From a virus (lineage: Duplodnaviria; Caudoviricetes), in IMG/VR virus record IMGVR_UViG_3300047388_000082, positions 1-50,432 of that record: DNA of 50,432 bases. The stretch is one strand, 5' to 3'. The position numbers and the translations under genes were made by a program. The notes beneath the pieces were generated by a model. The model worked only from the letters and a program-made list of their open reading frames with translations, searched no databases and was not told the DNA's origin. Positions 46,001 through 50,432 of this stretch are shown piece after piece. Position 1 is the stretch's first letter. The number at the start of each line of letters is the position of its first letter.

Positions 46001-46519
46001 CTGTCGCCTGCGATCAAGACCCCGCTCGAGCTGATGGCGAACAAGAACCTCCTGACGGGACTGCCCATCAAGGACCCGACCTCCTACGCGAGGAACCCGG
46101 TCAACGACAAGCTGGCAGGACTGCTCAAGCTCATCCCCGGTAGCAACGTTGGAGAGACGGGGCGGAAGAACGCTGCAGGGAAAGAGGTGCACGGACTGGG
46201 CGCTGACCCGATCCTCACCTACCTCCTGGGGCAGACGCCGCTCACGAACAACATCTTCAACAAGGGCGGAAAGATCCACAACGCCCAGCATCCGGCAGAC
46301 ACGAACAAGGCTCTGCTCTCCGAGCTGACTGGCATCAACGGTACGACCGTCGACCAGAACCAGCAGAAGGAGTTCGAGTCGATCGCCTTCCAGGATCAGA
46401 TGAAGGCGCTCATGAAGAACCTGCGAGCTGAGGGACTGATCCCGGCTACCACAGCCCACAACTCAGCGCAGCAGAAGATGATCCAGGAAATCCTATTCCG
46501 AGCACTCAGAGGAGGCTAG
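43088..46519 (+). CDS. Large internal virion (ejection) protein, 1143 aa
   Basis: RNTLSD, HFDYEDLTPFEQ...PFYTWSRKNIP and P.IKTPLELMANK patterns seen in podovirus large polyvalent proteins. Confidence 0.7.
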   Translation: MASSSFSPIQPFQFTATVPRSASPFDYKAPPLPSAPSGPTLNQMLARITAAHSKPHRSFLGNVEHGAKLAIDPVAWTFDKLERPAYAVANAADKGLQYHHVDLGAALHGAREGFMGREKTNFGAIMAHRGILNNHKYLRGALGLAADVATDPLSYTGAGVARKAATEALDSASKVVLQEGTGYTAKESERAARIAKLSDAHKTLSAGGEQFQHRAALAKLGVELNSKVASGQALTEVDRAGMNVARNTAKAEMKAFDKKYLKIRIGPNSRGGMRTPVPLVSKKVGEMGIPGLSKVASSLGKAFKPGYEDPILHAQLLGRRHQGERLAKDYFGFIRHRFKGLEKLKPEDQRAVLHFFEKPKGGAKAVIRKGDHYVLNPKHIERARKAGFSEAQLEFVQAMHDTAEHFAGKHAEYGLDIAHLGAQGKLYVPHIVQKTGEGLTDAQRNLLSKRGFVKNRAHDLSVAELHALHEGGRLPHDIETNPFNLLTIHARSVANQHADQLMVNYMRDAVGVPTRLVDKEALAKAQMTRASLEHQIAAHPAFDEVAHTKAIKDLKVAHEARVHHEYSETLARNNAAIKDHLENREWKQTTLATVKRISQRSVAAQAKLSEDVKAIREERNPGLLKDLNPLKASKVEQGKNLSTLEKRLSTAMRAEKDVMKGSKNPAVNSETMRTIENKTLRDEHGHKYAFPHQVADSLERLHKVMDGDEATLNAFSNGYRKWLGKWKVAVTTVNPSYGVRNTLSDYWNMYLSGVPLHAMPVYGAKAAHLMSLAAKGDKLAVSKMLDAYDSGILSGLFSGDIKQVANYLEQGSTVKTLAQKGRFIKAASKMSQEINAHRENWGRLTHYLYRLDQGKSVSDAADLVKEAHFDYEDLTPFEQKRMKVIAPFYTWSRKNIPFQIKALVEHPGQMAAFPQFGSEAAQASGAKPGDIVPPYMEQNMALKFGGKYFNPMIGITDLQNAVHPMQLASNLLSPAIKTPLELMANKNLLTGLPIKDPTSYARNPVNDKLAGLLKLIPGSNVGETGRKNAAGKEVHGLGADPILTYLLGQTPLTNNIFNKGGKIHNAQHPADTNKALLSELTGINGTTVDQNQQKEFESIAFQDQMKALMKNLRAEGLIPATTAHNSAQQKMIQEILFRALRGG

Positions 46520-47500
46520 ATGGCGACACCAGCGCAGCTCGCGTACCTGCATGCGCAGGCACAAGCGCGTGGTCTTGATCCATCAGCCCTCGATGCAGTG
46601 GGTGGGATGGAGGGCTACTCCGGCAGGATCGGGGACGGCGGACATGCGTTCGGTCCGTTCCAGATGAACAACGCCGGAGGAGTCCTCACTGGACAGTTCC
46701 AAGGGATGACGCCCGAGCAGGAGAACGCGTGGGCGTGGTCCAACCAGGGCATGAGCAACGCGCTCGATCGGATCGCCAAGGTTGCTAAGGGCCTGACGGG
46801 ACGAGCTGCGGTAGATGCCATCGTCAACAACTTTGAACGACCCGCCAACCCAGGGGCGGAACGAGCTGGGGCATACGCCAGACTAGGCGGAGCCGTTGGG
46901 CCGACCCCATCGCCACCCGCCGGCTCAACGCCTGGTCTGACCTCCCCTCAGACAGGTGTAGCAGGTGTCTCGGGCGCACTCAACCCCGGCCAGCGCAGTC
47001 TGCTGCAGGCCCTCAAGATCAACGGGATGGACTCCAGCGTCGTGAAGATGCTGGGTCAGCGTCTAGGGGCTCAGGCTGGAAGTCTAGGCACGCAGGCACC
47101 GGCCAAGGTCACACCGTCAGACACGCAGGGCGCTGACATGGGCAACAGCCTCGTCCGCACCGCCATGACCCAGATGGGCAAGCCCTATCAGTGGGGCGGC
47201 GGCACCAAGCTCGGACAAGCGACGGACTGCTCGGGCCTGATCGTTCAGGTCTACGGGGCTCACGGCGTCAATGTCCCGCGCACGACCTACGCGCAGTGGA
47301 AGGCAGGTACGCCGGTCAACCCCAATGCGCTACAGCCAGGGGATGCCGTCTACTTCCACCCAGGTCCTAGTGGCCCTGAGCACGTTGGCATGTTCATCGG
47401 AGGCGGGAAGTTCATCGAAGACCCGCACACCGGATCCGTAGTCCACATCGAAAACCTCGCGAGTTACCCAGGCTTTATGGGCGCTCGCCGATTCAAGTAA
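46520..47500 (+). CDS. Virion-associated cell-wall hydrolase: lysozyme-like N-domain + NlpC/P60 peptidase
   Basis: GPFQM and FERPA; GKPYQWGG...DCSGL...PGDAVYF...HVGM. Confidence 0.9.
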   Translation: MATPAQLAYLHAQAQARGLDPSALDAVGGMEGYSGRIGDGGHAFGPFQMNNAGGVLTGQFQGMTPEQENAWAWSNQGMSNALDRIAKVAKGLTGRAAVDAIVNNFERPANPGAERAGAYARLGGAVGPTPSPPAGSTPGLTSPQTGVAGVSGALNPGQRSLLQALKINGMDSSVVKMLGQRLGAQAGSLGTQAPAKVTPSDTQGADMGNSLVRTAMTQMGKPYQWGGGTKLGQATDCSGLIVQVYGAHGVNVPRTTYAQWKAGTPVNPNALQPGDAVYFHPGPSGPEHVGMFIGGGKFIEDPHTGSVVHIENLASYPGFMGARRFK

Positions 47501-47509
47501 GGAGGCGCG

Positions 47510-47911
47510 TTGGGATTTCTTCTGAACGACAGTCCGAATGGTCCTGGTTTCCACCCCGAACTCCCGGCGGCTCCTGAGCCAGGTCTTCCTGGGATGGTTC
47601 ATCCAGGCCTGATCCCTCACGAGGGACTAGCCAGTGCGATCAGCGCAATCACCGGAGCCCTCGGCTTCCACGGTGACTCATTCCGGCAGCGGCTACTGGA
47701 CCAGCAGGTGAGAGGCACAGTCGCCCCCACCAAGAACGTCCTCGGGCCCGAAGCTGTCCAGGCCATGTACCAGCAGATCCCACAGCGGACCGCTGGTGAG
47801 AACCACTCCAACCTGCTCGGACTCTTCCAGAGGGCAGGACACCAGCTCCCGCTGAACCCCCAGCATCAGCCCCAACTCAACCCGTTTCAGGGTGGGGGGT
47901 CCCAATACTGA
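47510..47911 (+). CDS. Hypothetical protein
   Basis: AAGGAGG RBS + TTG. Confidence 0.65.
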   Translation: MGFLLNDSPNGPGFHPELPAAPEPGLPGMVHPGLIPHEGLASAISAITGALGFHGDSFRQRLLDQQVRGTVAPTKNVLGPEAVQAMYQQIPQRTAGENHSNLLGLFQRAGHQLPLNPQHQPQLNPFQGGGSQY

Positions 47912-47912
47912 C

Positions 47913-48152
47913 ATGTCCATCGACGACAACTTTCTCACCATGCGCGACGTAGTGCTCGAGATTCGCGCTGACGTAAAAGACCTCAAAGCCACTGCGGCTT
48001 CCAAGACCGACATTGAGGACCACGAGACACGTATCCGTGGCCTAGAGCAAGCGGGTTTCCGCCTCTCCGGTGCTTGGTCCACAGTTGGTGTCCTCGGGGG
48101 TGTGCTTGCCGGCATTGCTGGCCTGGCCCTCGGCCTTCTCTCTTTCTTCTAG
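47913..48152 (+). CDS. Membrane protein, holin/antiholin-like
   Basis: Coiled coil DHETRIRGLE + C-terminal TM helix. Confidence 0.65.
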   Translation: MSIDDNFLTMRDVVLEIRADVKDLKATAASKTDIEDHETRIRGLEQAGFRLSGAWSTVGVLGGVLAGIAGLALGLLSFF

Positions 48153-48159
48153 GAGGAAC

Positions 48160-48330
48160 ATGAAAGTCAAGCTCGCCAAGGTCGTCCACGCGGTTACCGC
48201 CGCTGTCACGTCCCCCACTGCTGTCACCAAGGAGAAGTCCCTCGCGGTCTTCATCGGCGTCCGGATCGCCCTGAGTCTAGGCGCGTCCGCTGCCCTGGTT
48301 GAGGCCGTCGCCAAGATCATCGGTTCGTAA
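48160..48330 (+). CDS. Small hydrophobic protein, holin candidate
   Basis: AGGAGG RBS; amphipathic/TM helices; precedes the lysin candidate. Confidence 0.55.
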   Translation: MKVKLAKVVHAVTAAVTSPTAVTKEKSLAVFIGVRIALSLGASAALVEAVAKIIGS

Positions 48331-48331
48331 C

Positions 48332-48976
48332 TTGGGCGCCATTCGCGGGCGTCTCAAGACGCTCATGACGGAGACGGTCGCGGACGCCCACAACTGGACG
48401 TACCTCGCCGTACGACCCCTCCCGCTGCCCGCTACGTGGCATCCGGGACAGAAGGTCGTCTCCGACTGCTCCTGGGGAGCTCGCCTGCTGCACAAGTGGG
48501 CCGGTGGACCCGACCCCATGCACAACGGCTGGGCCCCTTGGGGCAACAGCTCGACCATCGCGGCCACCAACCGGCACGCCGACTCCCCCAGTGAACTCCG
48601 GGTGGGCGATTTCGTGACCTTCGGTCCTGGCGGAGACGAGCATGCCACCACGGTCTACACGCCGGCCTCTGACCCGGTGCTGTGGAGCGACGGGCATCAG
48701 GGAGCGCCGAACTTCTACCGGCTCTCTCAGGATCCCCGCGAGCACCAGCTCCGCTTTAGCGATCTCCCTGACGAGGCACCCGTGCCCCTGACTCCTGCGC
48801 AGAAGTTGCGCGCGAAGACGGGCTACTGGTCGTGGCTCGCCTGGAAGCTCGGTGAGGGCGACTGGGCGCACTACAAGCCTGCTGATCCGCTGGTCAGGCC
48901 CAACGTGCCCAAGCTCATCCCGATGACCTGGTGGAGGCGCTGGATCCAGTACAACCTGAACCGCAAGAAGGCGTAA
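48332..48976 (+). CDS. Endolysin candidate (divergent NlpC/P60-like cysteine peptidase)
   Basis: SDCSW...GNSSTI...LRVGDFVTFG...EHAT; start uncertain (TTG 48332 or ATG 48365). Confidence 0.65.
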   Translation: MGAIRGRLKTLMTETVADAHNWTYLAVRPLPLPATWHPGQKVVSDCSWGARLLHKWAGGPDPMHNGWAPWGNSSTIAATNRHADSPSELRVGDFVTFGPGGDEHATTVYTPASDPVLWSDGHQGAPNFYRLSQDPREHQLRFSDLPDEAPVPLTPAQKLRAKTGYWSWLAWKLGEGDWAHYKPADPLVRPNVPKLIPMTWWRRWIQYNLNRKKA

Positions 48977-49887
48977 TGGGCCTCTTCAAAAGCATCCTCA
49001 AGGATGTCTCGCTGGCCCAGAACCCGATCGGCAATCTCAAGACACTCAAGAACACGCTGCACGATGCGGAGGGGCTGGTTAACCCCATGAACTACTACCG
49101 CACCGGCAAGGAAGCCGTCACCAATCCTGTTGGCCTCGCCAAGGGAATCGGGAACAGCTACCTCGACTTGGGGCGGCATCCGCTCCGGGCTCTGCAGCAC
49201 CCGCTATCGACGGGACTGATGATTGCTCCGGGTGTGGGCCAGCTTGGCAAGCTCGGAATCCTGGGTAAGGCTGGTGAGGCGGCAGATGTCGTCGCTCCCG
49301 CAGCTTCCAGGGAGGAGCTGTTCCGGAGAGCGGCCACTCGAGCTCGTGGGCCGGCGCATACCACGCCTGGTGTCCACACGTTCTCGACCACCGATGGTCA
49401 GGCCTCCGCAGTCCGGCAGAGTCTAGACACCCCGACCCAGTGGGGCGTCAACCCCGCTAAGGGCGAAGCTGCTTCGGCAGCGGCGGTCAGGGCTGGTCTC
49501 GACAAGCCGACCCAGTGGCGCATCAATAAGGAACCCGAGTCCACACACTGGACTAAGGATCCGGCGCACAAGGGGTACGAGGAAGATCCCATCCTGAATG
49601 GGCACGACCTCGGTGATCTCCATCCGGGCATCGAGCACAATGAGAACCCGTTCGACTTCGCAGGTCAGTCCCAGAACATCTTCTCTCCGAAGCCCCGCAA
49701 CCCAGCGGGCGCCAGTCTAGAGAGAGGGAATCTGGTTCCCTTCCATCTCCCGAAGCACAACCCGATGGAAGAGGGTAAGCCGATCGACCCGAAGGACCTG
49801 GTTCGCAGGATCCTCGCTGATCGGATCGGCACGCAGTACACAGGCGGCAGGAAGCGCGGCCGTCCTGGGTACGACAACATGAACTAA
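48976..49887 (+). CDS. Hypothetical protein
   Basis: TAATG coupling; internal repeat ASAVR..LD.PTQW. Confidence 0.7.
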   Translation: MGLFKSILKDVSLAQNPIGNLKTLKNTLHDAEGLVNPMNYYRTGKEAVTNPVGLAKGIGNSYLDLGRHPLRALQHPLSTGLMIAPGVGQLGKLGILGKAGEAADVVAPAASREELFRRAATRARGPAHTTPGVHTFSTTDGQASAVRQSLDTPTQWGVNPAKGEAASAAAVRAGLDKPTQWRINKEPESTHWTKDPAHKGYEEDPILNGHDLGDLHPGIEHNENPFDFAGQSQNIFSPKPRNPAGASLERGNLVPFHLPKHNPMEEGKPIDPKDLVRRILADRIGTQYTGGRKRGRPGYDNMN

Positions 49888-49944
49888 CCCCCCGTCCCGC
49901 TTCGGTGGTACGGTCGCTGGTCAATATGACGACCACGCGGAACA

Positions 49945-49994
49945 AGCCCCCTCGGGCGTCCCATTAGGGATACTCGAGGGGGCTCTTTTATTTT
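49945..49994 (+). terminator. Intrinsic terminator of the late operon
   Basis: AGCCCCCTCGGGCGTCCC-ATTA-GGGATACTCGAGGGGGCT followed by CTTTTATTTT. Confidence 0.85.
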
Positions 49995-50391
49995 GCCTCA
50001 ACGCGAACTAGATGACCACATCGCCGCTCTATGCGACGAGCACAGCGTTACCCGGATTGTCCGTCCGGGTCGTGGTCGTTGCCGTGCTTCGATTCGGGTG
50101 ATTCGCCATCCCCCGATCCACGAGGAGATGGCCTATTTCGTGGCTCTGCACGAGGTAGGCCACGCAGTGCTCGGAGTACCGCCTCAACTATCTCGGCTGG
50201 AACGTGAGGCGTGGTGCTGGAACTGGGCTCTTGATCAGGCTTTGATCTGGCCCGACTACTCCACCCGCCAGCGGATAGCCGCTTGCTTAGTGCGCTACCT
50301 CTTCCGTGCAGTCGAGCGCGGATGGCGTGTCCCAACCGCCGAATCAGACTTCTGGCGTCTGCTCCGTTGGTGGGATCAGGCAGCGGCATAG
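49993..50391 (+). CDS. ImmA/IrrE-like HEXXH metallopeptidase
   Basis: FVALHEVGHA...LEREAW..A; converges on the junction-spanning HTH gene. Confidence 0.65.
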   Translation: MPQRELDDHIAALCDEHSVTRIVRPGRGRCRASIRVIRHPPIHEEMAYFVALHEVGHAVLGVPPQLSRLEREAWCWNWALDQALIWPDYSTRQRIAACLVRYLFRAVERGWRVPTAESDFWRLLRWWDQAAA

Positions 50392-50432
50392 ATGTGGGCG
50401 AGCTCTTCGTCGTGGTGCCAGGCGAGCTCGTA
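50388..50432. repeat. Terminal direct repeat, right copy
   Basis: Matches 1-45 with 1 mismatch. Confidence 0.95.

Noticed and set aside
1-50432. Frequent GAGCTC/CTCGAG palindromes as a signal
   Set aside because: Explained by common GAG-CTC and CTC-GAG (Glu/Leu) codon pairs, unlike AGTCTAG, which uses rare codons

Overview
This window appears to be a complete, circularly permuted temperate phage genome of about 50.4 kb with high GC. The host is probably an actinobacterium-like organism, which is an inference. A 45-bp terminal overlap (1 mismatch) closes the circle through an XRE-type HTH gene, and an intact attP (3' half of tRNA-Thr(CGT) flanked by arm-type repeats) lies at ~250-480. The left arm is on the minus strand, downstream of a consensus promoter at ~23.2 kb. 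It carries a ~610-nt highly structured non-coding RNA candidate ending in a tRNA-like module, small early genes, a second tRNA-like element, and a cluster of two amidoligases, a class II glutamine amidotransferase and an ATP-grasp ligase. It also carries an exonuclease with a Rad52-type annealase, a family A DNA polymerase split in two, a primase-helicase, Endo VII, SSB, a sigma factor split into region-2 and region-4 ORFs, a HicA-like gene, an excisionase and a tyrosine integrase. The right arm is on the plus strand and encodes podovirus-type morphogenesis (fibre proteins, TerL, portal, scaffold, capsid, adaptor, nozzle, ejection proteins), lysis genes and an ImmA/IrrE-like protease. The heptamer AGTCTAG occurs at least 36 times, almost perfectly polarised: it points away from the central non-coding region on both arms. 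All calls are from motif recognition by eye; no database search was run.
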